DNA of 61,460 nt, the filler included. It is 13 parts of 13 records of this genome, joined end to end, with 100 filler letters (N's around TTAATTAATTAA, not from the genome) between each part and the next. Parts side by side here need not be neighbours in the genome. Positions count along the whole stretch, not along the records: positions 43,004 to 46,227 come from SRR15195285_5750; positions 46,328 to 50,875 come from SRR15195285_5751; positions 50,976 to 58,242 come from SRR15195285_5753; 10 more parts are not named here. The stretch is one strand, 5' to 3'. The position numbers and the translations under genes were made by a program. The notes under the pieces were generated by a model that saw only the letters and a program-made list of their open reading frames with translations, had not been told where the DNA came from and made no database searches. Below, piece by piece: positions 44,254 to 55,730 of the stretch (position 1 is the first letter of the stretch; the number at the start of each line of letters is the position of its first letter).

Positions 44254-45793
44254 CTAGGATTCTGCCGTGACTAGCGGTTCGTGCTCGCTGGCCCTGTCGT
44301 CAGCACCACTTCCGGCCAGTGCATCTCTCGCCCCCGTGCTGGATCTCGCCGCGCCACGCCGCGACAGCAACCGTACCGCTAACCCCGTGCTTACTACGGC
44401 AAAGACGACCGCCCAACGCAACAAAGCTCCACGGAAACCATAGATCCCAATGAAGTAAGCGCCTAGAAAGGGGCCGAGTACCTGACCAAGATTGAAAGCT
44501 GTCTGAAAGATCGAGGTCACACAATTCGTAAGGTGCTCATCCACTGCGTTCTTGTCCCCATAGTCCTCCATGGCACTATCGATCATCTGGGGCAAAAATA
44601 TTGGCTCAAGTAGGGGGCAGAGTAGGCCTTCTAGCACAATGTACGGAACGAGAACCCTTTTCCTAGTCTCCAGCGTCCAGTGCAGTTGCCACGGTCCCAT
44701 GAAAATGTAAATGGCGGCCAGTGTCGCAAGCGACATAGCCATGACAAGCATGCGATTGCCGCGCGGATGGTCACCCAGCCAGCCGCCCAGCGGAACCAGT
44801 AGTGCAAAGATGCCAGCGAGCATTCCCATGAATAAACTAGACGTCTCGATCCCCCATTGAAACTCTTGGACGCACCACGTGGTAAACTGAATTGAACAAA
44901 GGCAGGCAACATTCAGTTTGTAACGTGCCATTGTACGGAATGCAACGCAAAGCCGAAACGTTAAAATCTACGTATGACTCCGACAGAGTGCTGAATCGTT
45001 GTCGCACCTGAATGTCCCACCATCCCCATTTTGACATATATCCAAAGGCAGTGAACGCTACGATCCAAACATCAGCCTTCCGAACGACAAGCTGGATTGG
45101 CGTCTTGTCGCGCCATACTTGTCGGCCAACCGTGTCCGTGCCCTTCGAACTGTGAGCAGCGATGCTTGGACCAGAGGATTGCATCGCACCAGCGCTCGCC
45201 GTGAGCGTCACTAGTGGGCACAGCAAACAAAGCGGTATCGCGCCCATCACGACAAAAGGCAGCCGGAAGCCTCCGATCACATACAAGACACCTCCAATGG
45301 GTGGCCCAATGGCCCATCCGAGGCCAATCGCGCTAATGGCACTGCCAGAAACCAGGCCTCGGTGTGCAGGGAAGGAATCCGAGAGCATTGCAAACGTCGC
45401 CAGCTGCGAGCAGCTCAGTCCAATGCCCTGCAGGATGCGTGCGCCAGTCATGACGACAACCAGTGGCTGAACCTCGTGCCGTGTGAGGTCGGGTGTCATG
45501 CCGATGAAAATCGTTGAACAGCCTACCAGTGCGATGCCTCCGATCATCACCCGCCGTCTTCCAAAACGCGATGCAAGTGCTCCTGCGACGGGTGACATGA
45601 GCATTTTTGCGACGCTGTAGGCGATGAAAACTACATTCGTCTGCGTGATCGAGATGCCGACATCCGCTGCGTAAAGAGGGAAGAAGGCGGCCATCATTGC
45701 GAAATTGGTCGCCTGAAAGGTGAGCGAGAAGCAGACGGTCAAAACGAAGGCCAGCTCCCTGCGGGTGAGCGACAGCTTTCGGCCTGCCGTCAT
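44254..45793 (-). CDS. MFS transporter (SLC18B1-like); intron 44887-45007
   Basis: About 12 TM segments, motif A GALASRFGRR, ARILQGIG, GPPIGG, GQVLGPFLG. The intron restores the frame. Confidence 0.88.
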
Positions 45794-45831
45794 CTCGCGA
45801 TGATGTACAGCCTGGCCGCAGGGAGCTGCCA

Positions 45832-45905
45832 GACTACACTGGTGCACGCAACCAACCTGTTGCACGGAGCGGGCACCCAGACCGACTACACTGGTGCACG
45901 CAACC
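45832..45905 (+). repeat. Perfect 22-bp direct repeat pair with a 30-bp spacer, upstream of the MFS gene
   Basis: GACTACACTGGTGCACGCAACC at 45832-45853 and 45884-45905. Confidence 0.9.
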
Positions 45906-46227
45906 TCGCAGCTGGGTTGAGAAGCCAGGAGCTACACGTATTATTATAGATGCCCGCACTGGCGTCTCTAGCTCAGCGCTCCTCACGCTACTCACGCTCG
46001 GCGCGACCTTTCGCGCCCTCTTCCTATAGTATACACATCCGAATGTGCCGTGCTGCTCAGTGCACGCGAGGCGCACTGGCAGGCAGGGAGTGCACGCACT
46101 CCCGGCGCGTGCGTGCACGACGCCGGCGGTCCCGACGCGCGCGACGCGACGGCGCCGCGGGCGCCGCCGCGCGCGGTCCACGGCCGGCGCCGGTATGCTC
46201 GCGTCCCGGGATGTACATGTACGTGAC

Positions 46228-46327
46228 NNNNNNNNNNNNNNNNNNNNNNNNNNNNNNNNNNNNNNNNNNNNTTAATTAATTAANNNNNNNNNNNNNNNNN
46301 NNNNNNNNNNNNNNNNNNNNNNNNNNN
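46228..46327. other. Artificial contig linker
   Basis: N44-TTAATTAATTAA-N44. Confidence 0.99.
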
Positions 46328-46703
46328 GTAGCACTCCTAGTCTGCATCGTATCAAGCAATCACTGCTGGCATCCCCGACGACGCGGCCGGCGCGCCTGCG
46401 TGCTGGGTAGCGCGCGAGAGCTACGCAAGTGGAGGCAGCAGCGAGCTGGAAGGTGTGAGATGGGGTGCTTAGAATCGGAGGCCGCTGGGACTAGATAGCC
46501 GCGGCGCACCCTTCATTGCAATCGGGTATAGATTGTTGTCTGCGATACAACATTTTCACGCCAGGTGACCCTCGCTGACACTCGGGAACTCGACCACCCG
46601 CGAGCCTTGAGTGTGGAGAGCAACTTGAGGTGTCGAGGGCGGAGGCGATAGCTGCCTAGGACGCGCTGGCCTTGGGCGGTCTCGCTGCCTGAAGTGGGCG
46701 ATA

Positions 46704-48916
46704 TTGCGGTGGATGTTTTCCGCGTCGATCGGTCGCGACGGGCGTAGGCGCTGGTCAGGGCTGCTGGCTGTCGACGTGTTTGTTGTGGTCCTTGCGGCGC
46801 TGGACCTTGGGGTGGGTGGGTGGCAAGAGATACAGCATGGTAAGCCAGCAGGAGGGGCCGCCCTAACAGGGCTATGTGGCGGCACGAGCGCGACTGTGTA
46901 CTTCGGCGCGCTGTGCCTCTGCTGGGACGAAGGGCTGTCGCCACGGCGTTTGCTGCTGTTACTTGCGTCATTCATTGTTCTCGTCGGCTCTGCGTTACTT
47001 GGCGCGCAGCTGCAGTGCATGGAAGCCCCACGTGAGAATCGTCCAACCCGTGCTCGCGTGCACTATCTTCGTCGTCGTTCGTAATCAGTCGTACGGTGTG
47101 GTGCGCAGGAATTGCTGCAAGCTGCAGCTTCTTGGCATTTGTGGCTCTGCGGGTGTGTGGTGCAAGGGCGTTCGAGCTGGCTGGAAGCGCGAGCGTTCCA
47201 GGCCCGGTCTCGGTGGCGTCGGGCCGCCCATCGCACCCGATGCGCCAAGAGGTCGTGGCAGAGATTCGACGACTCTATCAGAGGGCCGCTCCTGACAAGG
47301 TGCAGCATGCCGTCGGCCTGATCGACCGATACCCACCAGACCAGTGGCATCAGATGCTGCGGATGATAGGGCACAAGTATGGTCAGGCCATCGAGGAGGC
47401 AGTATTGGCACAGACGGCTGCCATTTGCCCTGCACGTGGGGCAAAAGTGGAAACATTCCAGGCATCCATGCGACACCCCCAGTCTTCACACCACAACAGG
47501 ATTGGTCGGGCGCTTGCCCTTTTGCTCCCGGTCTTCGCTATACTCCTATTTGATGGGCAGCTGGACGCTACAGATGCAGCTCTAAACCACGGCCTTCGAG
47601 CTGTCTCATTTCTCACAGGTCCGCACTACGGTACATCTGGTGTGATGTTACCAGAGACCACCGCCACACAACTGCGCTGGCTGTATCCACAGCTGCTCCC
47701 GATGCCAACGGCGATCTCCCGCCCGTCGGAAGAGTGGATTGAGGTGCGAGGTCCGCAAAAGGATGTCAGGACTCCTGACGTCTTTCCGATCCGTATCCGG
47801 CTGCTCACACCTAGCACAGAATCAGCAGCGGTAAGGAGGCTATTTCAGACAGTCGACAGCAACGCGGATGGAACGATCCATCCGGCTGAGCTGAATGCGT
47901 GGCGTGAGGGCCACGAAAACAATACAGGCACCTACGTGCTTGAAGCGGAGAAGGGAGGTCAGCGCCCGTTGCTGATATGGTTTTCTTGGTCCACTCTGGT
48001 GTTAGGTGGTGCCGCGATGGATGCGGAGAAAGGACTGGCCGAAGCACTGGCAGACTCCTTGGACGTGGTTGTGGCCGTGGTTGATGTCGGTTTGGCCCCC
48101 GAACGAGGCTACCCATACTCGACGCAGGCCGGGCTAGAAGCTGTGGACTGGTTGTTCCACCAGGTGCAAGGGGGGCAGATTAGTGGGAAAGTAGACACAA
48201 ATCGGATCATGATCGGTGGTGCCGGTGGAGGAGGGGCTGTGGCGGCTTCGATCGCCCTCAGTGACGAAGCACGCACACGGCTCCGGAAGTACACCAACAC
48301 GCGACTGTTTGGGGGAGGTGGTGACGACCGTGTTTTTGAGAGTTGCCTTTTGATCGCACCAATGCTAAAATGCCCGAACAAGACTACGGCTGTGTACGAC
48401 GACAATCCTGCTGCGGGCAGCGCTTTATCCAAGTTATCGTCCGAGCAGCGGGAAGACAGCAGGTCGCAGGCGGATCGAATGGGTGCCACCGTGATGAGTA
48501 GTTCTCAAGTGGATTGGGGCTGGGACATGTATGGGCGAGGGCACCCGGAGGGTGTCAGGGGCTGCGCGTCATCCACTGACTGCTCACCAAGCAGCGCAAC
48601 CGAAGAGCAGCTGAAAGTGGCAGGGTTTGAACACCTTGTGATCCTTACGGCTTCGCAAGACGTTCTCTTTGATGAAGGTGCGCATGCAACATTGCGAGTC
48701 CAGTGATAAGAATTCTTTCCTTCAGCACTGGCTGATTTGCGTCCATTTGCGCACGCAGGAGCGAACTTTGCAGCGCGGCTCACTGCGGTGACGAACGGTG
48801 GCTCTGACAAAGTGCATCACATCCGCGCCAAGGGCTCACACCTTGGCGCTGCGCTTTATGACACCACTGCGTGGACAGAACTGATTGCCACAACCAACAA
48901 AATCGTGCAGCGGTAG
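46704..48916 (+). CDS. Membrane-anchored HSL-family alpha/beta hydrolase-like protein, probably inactive, with an inserted EF-hand; 5' end uncertain; intron 48678-48758
   Basis: PLLIWF, VVDVGLAPERGYP, RIMIGGAGGGG (where GDSAGG is expected), DVLFDEG|ANFAARL, KGSH. EF loop DSNADGTIHPAE. Confidence 0.7.
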
Positions 48917-49183
48917 AAGAATTTTTCTGCAATTTGTATGACACTACAAACGTTACTGAAGGCTTAGCAGCTTGCGTTGGATGGCGTTGTGCACTCGTTC
49001 ATGCAACCTCCGCATCAGACCATTGGTTGACACCTCCGGGTGTGCTGCAAAGGGCAGTATCATCCAGTCATGAGTTAGATAGCTGTCGTCGCACATTTAG
49101 GAGATCTCGCCGCGATACTAGCAAACGACTGCAGCTGAAATCACAGGGCACACGTGCACACAAATGGAATTGACGAGACGTAC

Positions 49184-50875
49184 CAATTGCCTGTTGCAGC
49201 ATCATTTGGGAGAGACCCTCTGCATCGTTGCCCGACGAATCCTTATGCTGCAGCTGCCGCAGCGTGGTGTGCTCTAGCATCGCCTCAACCATATCTGCGT
49301 TTCCTTGAAAAGCACACCACTGCAAGGGCAGGCGATTCGACGGATCGGCATGATTGAGCAACCTGGGGTCCTTGGACAGCGCATAGTCCATAATGGCCGA
49401 CTCCGCGTATGCACAGGCTGCGTGAGCAATGTTGACAGTGCCGGCAGGCTTGTTGTCATCACCCACAGTCATCTTTTCGTTAATTGGCGTGCCTACCTCC
49501 TCGACGTAAAACTTGACGACGTCCAGTAAACCGTCTATCCAATGAGGGAAGCAACCAGTCGATCCGCACGAGGAGAACTGTGAGAGAAGTGTTATCCACG
49601 CGCAAAGAAAGAGAGCCTGCTGCGTGCGTGGCACTCACACTGAGTCGCAAGGTAAAGGTTGGCTATGCCATGAATACCGGAGCCTCGGAACCATGGTGAA
49701 CCACCGAGCAGCATGCAGGTCTGTAGCTTGCTGAAGTGCGGCTGAGCGCGATATTCCGGGATAGAGTTATAGTCACAGTGCATCGGTGACGTGATATCGA
49801 GGCCTGCTGCTGCCATCAGTCGCAGGGCTTCCACGCGGTTGTGCATTACAGCCAGATGCCATGGTTTCTGCCCCGTGTGAAGGCCGGCTGTGTGGTCCGT
49901 GGTGGTGTCTGCCAATGCTGCAGCCACACCCTCAGCATTGTTGTCCAGCACCCTGAAATGCAAACGGCAGGAGAGTATTTAGAATCAAAACCGGTTCTTT
50001 TCGAAGGGCACAGCGGGACGGAAGACGGACGCTCGCAGGAAGGCGGAGCTTGACGAGTATGCAGGAGCCTTATGCAGGAGCCTTACGCAGTCGCCAGGTC
50101 GCTTGCATCGGCGACATCACCCTGACCGCCGAGAGAAAGTGTGAACTTGTCCATGTTGCACGTGGCATGATGCCAACCCGTCGGGACGTAGATCGCCTGC
50201 CCGGGCTCTACGATGCAGGACTTGATGCGTGGGTCCTGCGCTGCCGCGCTTGGGTTGCCAAGCAGCCACTCGCAGCCGTGCTTCTTCTCCCAGTCTGCGC
50301 CCTTGGAGTTGGGTCCCGGGGGGGCGACGAACCAGGCTTTGCGGCCAACCACTTGTCCGAGCCAGTTCTCCGAGTGTGCGTGGAAACCCACGCCCGTCCC
50401 GACGCCACCCAATGAAAAGATATGGTGGAAGCGCAACGAACGAGTTGGCAGATGGTCGTACGCGTGGGCGTCGTCGCTGTGTGGGTCACTCCCGCCACTG
50501 GTGGCAAGTTCGGCGACAAGCGCGTCAGTTACGTGCATCCATCGATTCCAGAACACAGGGTTCGGCTCTGCGTCCATATTCCCGACGTACTCGCCAAGCT
50601 GTCGCCGGGCAGTCACCGGCGCGAATGAACCTCGCTTGACTAGCAGCTCAGGGTCTTGAATGGCAATGATCTCATCGCCGTGGTGCGCGCTAATGTTCTC
50701 TGCGTTCCAGGACTGCATCGCATCCGCCCACTCTGGAGTGCCATGCTCGATCAACACGGCGCCCCGCTCCTGTATGTTTTTGCGGAACTCCTCCACCGAC
50801 ACTGCACGCGCGTCGACCCTCGGGAGCTGGCAGGCCGGCAGCGACTCCAGCGCGCCCAGCTTCCCTTGCAGCCGC
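49184..50875 (-). CDS. 5'-truncated JmjC (JMJD8-like) plus ankyrin-repeat protein, multi-exon; 3' end uncertain
   Basis: FSLGGVGTGVGFHAH, GRKAWF, PGQAIYVPTGWHHATCN. Ankyrin-like PWHLAVMHNR, LYLATQ|YGLLDVVKFY, PLQWCAFQGNADMVEAML. Confidence 0.75.
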
Positions 50876-50975
50876 NNNNNNNNNNNNNNNNNNNNNNNNN
50901 NNNNNNNNNNNNNNNNNNNTTAATTAATTAANNNNNNNNNNNNNNNNNNNNNNNNNNNNNNNNNNNNNNNNNNNN
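50876..50975. other. Artificial contig linker
   Basis: N44-TTAATTAATTAA-N44. Confidence 0.99.
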
Positions 50976-51664
50976 CTGCTGCTGCTGCTGCTGCTGCTGC
51001 TGTCTTCGTCGTCATCCGATGGTCCCATGGTCCCCATGCCGCAACCGTCAACTCTCGAGGTGACTCGATCCGGTGAGTCGGCAGCTTATCATGCGGCACA
51101 CACGACACACGTTCGCGTTCCCACCACTACTCCATCTCGCGACCCGAGCCACACCGCCTTTCAACTGCCTCTGCCACTTGGTCGGTCGGGGCATCCGACG
51201 ACTTCACATTCGAGCGTCACCCATGCGCACTATCGAGGCGCCACTCGTCGAGCTTGCAGCCACGCTGCTGCCTAGGGGATAGACCCAGTGCCACGCACCA
51301 TGCAGGGTTGCAGCCTGGAGGCGCGTGCCACGCGTGCGCACGCGTGACCAGCGCGCGAGCCCGCGGCGCGAGCGCAGGCCTGCGCGCGACAGCGTCCAAC
51401 AATACTCAACAGTCGTAATGAAGCCGAGTAACTCTTTTCTCAATGCGCATTTGATTATGTCCAGGATTACGAGTGAATCACTGAATGAGTCGCATCAGAT
51501 CGCACGCGCGCGCGCGCCGCGAGCTGCGATGTATACTAGTAGTACGATTTATTCCGCGCCGCGCGGTATGCGATACGTACCGAGCTAGCTCCTCGCTCGG
51601 GTACACGCCCGGGCGTAGCGCGTGCCGGCGACGCACCATCAGGCACTTAAGGCACATACAACTT

Positions 51665-54600
51665 ATGATGGCTGCATGTGCCGGTAGCTGCAGCAGGGAA
51701 GGCGCGATCGCTGCAGTGAACGAGTACACCCTCCGCGCAATTGCCAAGGATCCTCCAGACTGAGTCACTCGCGCCAGCACTGAAGTCGTGCATGATGCAT
51801 ATGTTACCAACTGCAACTGCTTATATATAGGATCGATAGCTGCCTTTAGACACGGCAGTTAGGGAAGTAACTGGCCACCGCGCCGCGACTGGGTCGGAGC
51901 AGGTACGGTGCAGCATGGGTTGCACAGGATGCGGCGCGGATTGCCGCGCTCTTCACAGCAAACGCAAGCTATGTAAGCGAGTTTTGAGTGGCTGACAAAG
52001 AATTGCTTTGACATCTGGTAAAACCCCGTGCCTTGGGGCGTGGCTGTAGATCGAGCGACCGTTCGACGAAGCTGGGACGTTCTGCGGGAATGAAGCGATC
52101 CGAGAGTACTGGACGAGACAGGTGGGCGTACACCAAACGAACATTCGGTTCCGGCAGCTCGAACAAGAGCTTCTATGGGACGAATCAAAACGCACGGCGA
52201 TGGCGAAGTGGGAAGCTGCCTTCGACAAGCGGCGCCATGACGGGACTACGAGGCCATGCCACTTTGTTCAGGTCGCGGTGCTTCGTTTCACTCCGTTGGG
52301 AAAGATTGAGTTTCTCGAGGAATACTGGCACTCCACGACGAAGCAAAAGCGGCACGATGATGCTGCTGTGGTGGTGCCAGCAAGTGCAGTTGTACTGGCT
52401 CAGCAGGCGCCTGCACAAACTGCAGCACCCATCACGCCTGAACGAGAACCCACAGCGACAGTACCAGGGGGACAAACTTTCAGCTGCACTGTGTGTGGCT
52501 GTACTTTCGCGACACGGAACAAGCTATTTGTACATCTTCGGGGTGTTCCCGGGGGCCCGGGCACGTGCATAGCAGCTGACGCTCAACTGGCAGGAACCAT
52601 TTCCAAGAAGCGCGAGAGAATGGCTTTGGTGGTTGCTTACATCGGAGCAGTTGCTACTGACATGCCGAGTGCCATAGCAACGGCGTGGGCTGCGTTCACG
52701 GGGGAACCTTGTTCGGACATGTCGTTGCGAGTGTCGTCTGCTGCTGCTGAGTTTCTGACTAGCGACAGCGTCGGAGTGATCGGTGACGTCCTGAGCTTGT
52801 CTGTCAGCCATAGTGTGGCGACAATGTTGCTAGAACGCTGGGCAAGACCTGGTGATATGGGTGGACGCTCGGGCCTGCGCCAGGAGGCCGTTGTGGAGTT
52901 CAATCAGAAGCTTCGCGAAGCGTTGGCAGGGATGGGTCACGATGACGAGTGCAACAGCATACAGTGTTGTCTCAACCTTGTTGGTCCATGCAGTCGAGAT
53001 TTCGACGCGAAAAAGTCCTGCGAACGCCGGTGAGTGTCAGTTGCCACACATCTTTACTTGAATCTACGTTTTGTCCCTTGTACTCTGATTGCACAGTGGT
53101 CCATCTCACTGACACGTTACGCGCGATGGTCCGATGGCTGTGTTGCCCGCTACGCCCAGGCGCTGGGAGTACCTCCTGCCGGTCACCTCAATACTACCTC
53201 AACGGACACAGGTGCCATCAGCTAGGACTGTGGGAGAACTCACTGAGAAATCAGAGTATTTGCAGTCTGTTGTACAATCAAACTCACCAGACATTCTGAT
53301 TCAGCAATCAGATGTAGCAGATAACGATGCCGTTGTCATGGAAGAGGGTCAGTGGACATACCGGGTCTCCGAAAAGCTTTCGGCGCGGTTCGACCTCCGT
53401 GCGTGGCCTGCCCCAAAGGCTTCGAAGACCGGTGCCTTCGTGCATCAAGGTGAAGTGGTAGTGGCGGACGCACGACTAGTGCTCGATGGGATCCTTTATC
53501 TCCATGTTACCACTACTACGCTCGATGGAGACCTTGCCAGTTGTGAAGGACCTGCACGTACGCAGTCAGCAGGTCGCGGCGGGTGGATATTTGATCGCAC
53601 CCAAGGTGGTGGGAGTGGTATCTGCAGCGCTCCAGGAGCCCACGTGTTACTCCATGAGCTACCGGGTGGCATCACGCACAGGGTAAAGCTGGTCGGTGGT
53701 CGGCGAACGGCGAACTGTAGTTCAGACCCTATTGCTGTTGCAAGGTCAGTCCATCTCATACACGGAGTGTGTGCTACAAGACCCTAATCTCGCGCGGTGA
53801 ACGTGTGAACGTGGTTGCTCTATTTTTTGCGTTGTCAGCACGCAGTTGCTCAGTCCATCAGCTTTAGGGTTTGGATTAGGGTTTGGAGTTGGTGTAAGTC
53901 GCTACAAAGTTTGGTCTGATGAAACTGTACGTGCAGGGCAATGGAGCGACTGGACCAGGGGTTGCTGGCATTCAGTACTGCAAAAAAGGGGCGCTTTCAC
54001 AACTACTTACGGCAGCAACACCCTCGCACAGAAATAGATAGTGCCAGTGAAATTGCAGCGACCGGAAGATTATCGCAGTGTCGACGTAGTCCTGAGTCGT
54101 TTACTTTGCAGCACTTGGTCTTGAACGAAGATACTGGATCAGTTTCATCCAGCTCACTGTTTGTGCTGCTGTCTTTCACGGGGAAGCTTCTCACGGCTGA
54201 CCAGGTTTGTCGAATGGCAACCGTGCTTGTTGGGTGTGGAAATGGCTCACTGACACCGAGCTTCGTTGCGAGATCCCTTTCGCGAGAGGTGGTGATTTCC
54301 ATTCCAGCTGCGCAGCCTATGTTGTACTGGGCGGAAGGTGGATTCACAGCGTGAGTCACTAGATCTACCGTTTTTGGAAGCAGTCTTACTCGGTTACTAG
54401 CTCGGTCAATTCATTTTGCGCGTTCTCGTCTGCTGATGAGTTTGGTTTGATTGACCTGTCTTGCGGTTGACCTCATTGGGTATGGTCTTGCAGGTATGAA
54501 GGAAAAAACAATCTGACATTCTGCCCCTCATCTTTGACTCAGAAGGCCAATCTTACTCAATACTCATTGTCTGAGGACGCTCATTGTGCGAGTTCACAAC

Positions 54601-55730
54601 CTGGCTTGACGGATGATGAGCGAATTCTGTGTAGCATTCATGAAGTTCGTGCGCGCATGCGAGCTTTGGCGATGAGCCAATTTGAGCACTCGGACTGGAG
54701 CTTGGTATTGGCTGCAGTTTCTGATATCAAAGAGGAATATGATATCTTAATACAACGCTGGCCGTGGTCTAGGCTGCCGTACCGTGACGACCTTGTCACA
54801 GCTGCAGCAGTCGTCTCACCAGCAACTACTGCAGCAGACTTAGACGACGAGATAGAGGCAGGGAGGCTCGGCCAGGTGGATCTTCGGGCTGGGTGGCGAG
54901 CAGTCGCCCAACAGTTTGAACATGTGCTGGCGCTAGGTGATCATGGATCTGCTTCTTCTGGTGCAATGGCGCACTCTATCAATGACTGCGGGTGGGTGGG
55001 GCGGTTGTTTTTTGCTCATGATCACTGCTTGCTGATCGGTGCACGGCTCGATGGGCGTCACCCACGCGAGAGTACACTCGTTTGCATCTCACGTGGTGGC
55101 CATGCAGTCCCCCCACATGCACATTCAGCAGTCGAGATCTGTCTTGAAACGCTGGCGATGAAGCTTTCGGAGGTGCGCTGGCGGCGGCACGCTGGAGAAC
55201 GTTGCGCATTTGTCTGCCTTTCGGCACCGAACGTAGCACTGTGCATCGGAGCTCCTGCATTCCCGGCGATGGTGAGCTGCTCCGAGGAGCTCACTGGTTG
55301 TGCTAGTGATGAAGCTGGTAGACGCAATGATGATACTAGCGGATCCAGAGACAAATCAGCTCTTGTGATTCAAACTACGTCAGCAGGTGCAGGTACGCTG
55401 CGAGTGCGCCTGCGGGCTCTAGCGCCGTGGAGAACTTTACCAGCCAAGAATGGAAATCCGTCGGATAATGCACTTGTAGCTCTGGGGCGGATTGAAGAAG
55501 CAGGTCCAAAGACTGAGCTTGGTTATCCAGTAGAGATCACCGCTTCACCGGGGCTGTATGTGACACCGCATCGGGCTACTCTTCCAGTGACTGTGACTCT
55601 CTCACTAGCAAATAATGGGTCCTTGCCGACTATTCACAGTGGTGACAGCTGCAATGGTAGGAAGCAGCTGTTGCTGACAGTTGCTGGACGTGACGTAGTC
55701 ACAATGCGCCGAGAGATAAAGATTTTTTAA
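51665..55730 (+). CDS. Multi-exon fusion protein: SnoaL/NTF2-like domain, C2H2 zinc finger, degenerate TruA/PUS1-like domain, unknown C-terminus
   Basis: Spliced VNE|YGAAWVAQDAARIAALFTANASY|IERPF...AIREYW...EEYWH (introns 51724-51902, 51973-52049). CTVCGCTFATRNKLFVH. MALVVAYIG, FDAKKSCERR|RWEYLLP, RFHNY, QVCRM. Confidence 0.65.

Noticed and set aside
45832-45905. CRISPR-like repeat-spacer-repeat
   Set aside because: Only two repeats, no cas genes, and a eukaryotic promoter context.
51761-51763. In-frame TGA as selenocysteine or readthrough
   Set aside because: It lies inside intron 51724-51902; canonical splicing gives a coherent SnoaL-like sequence.
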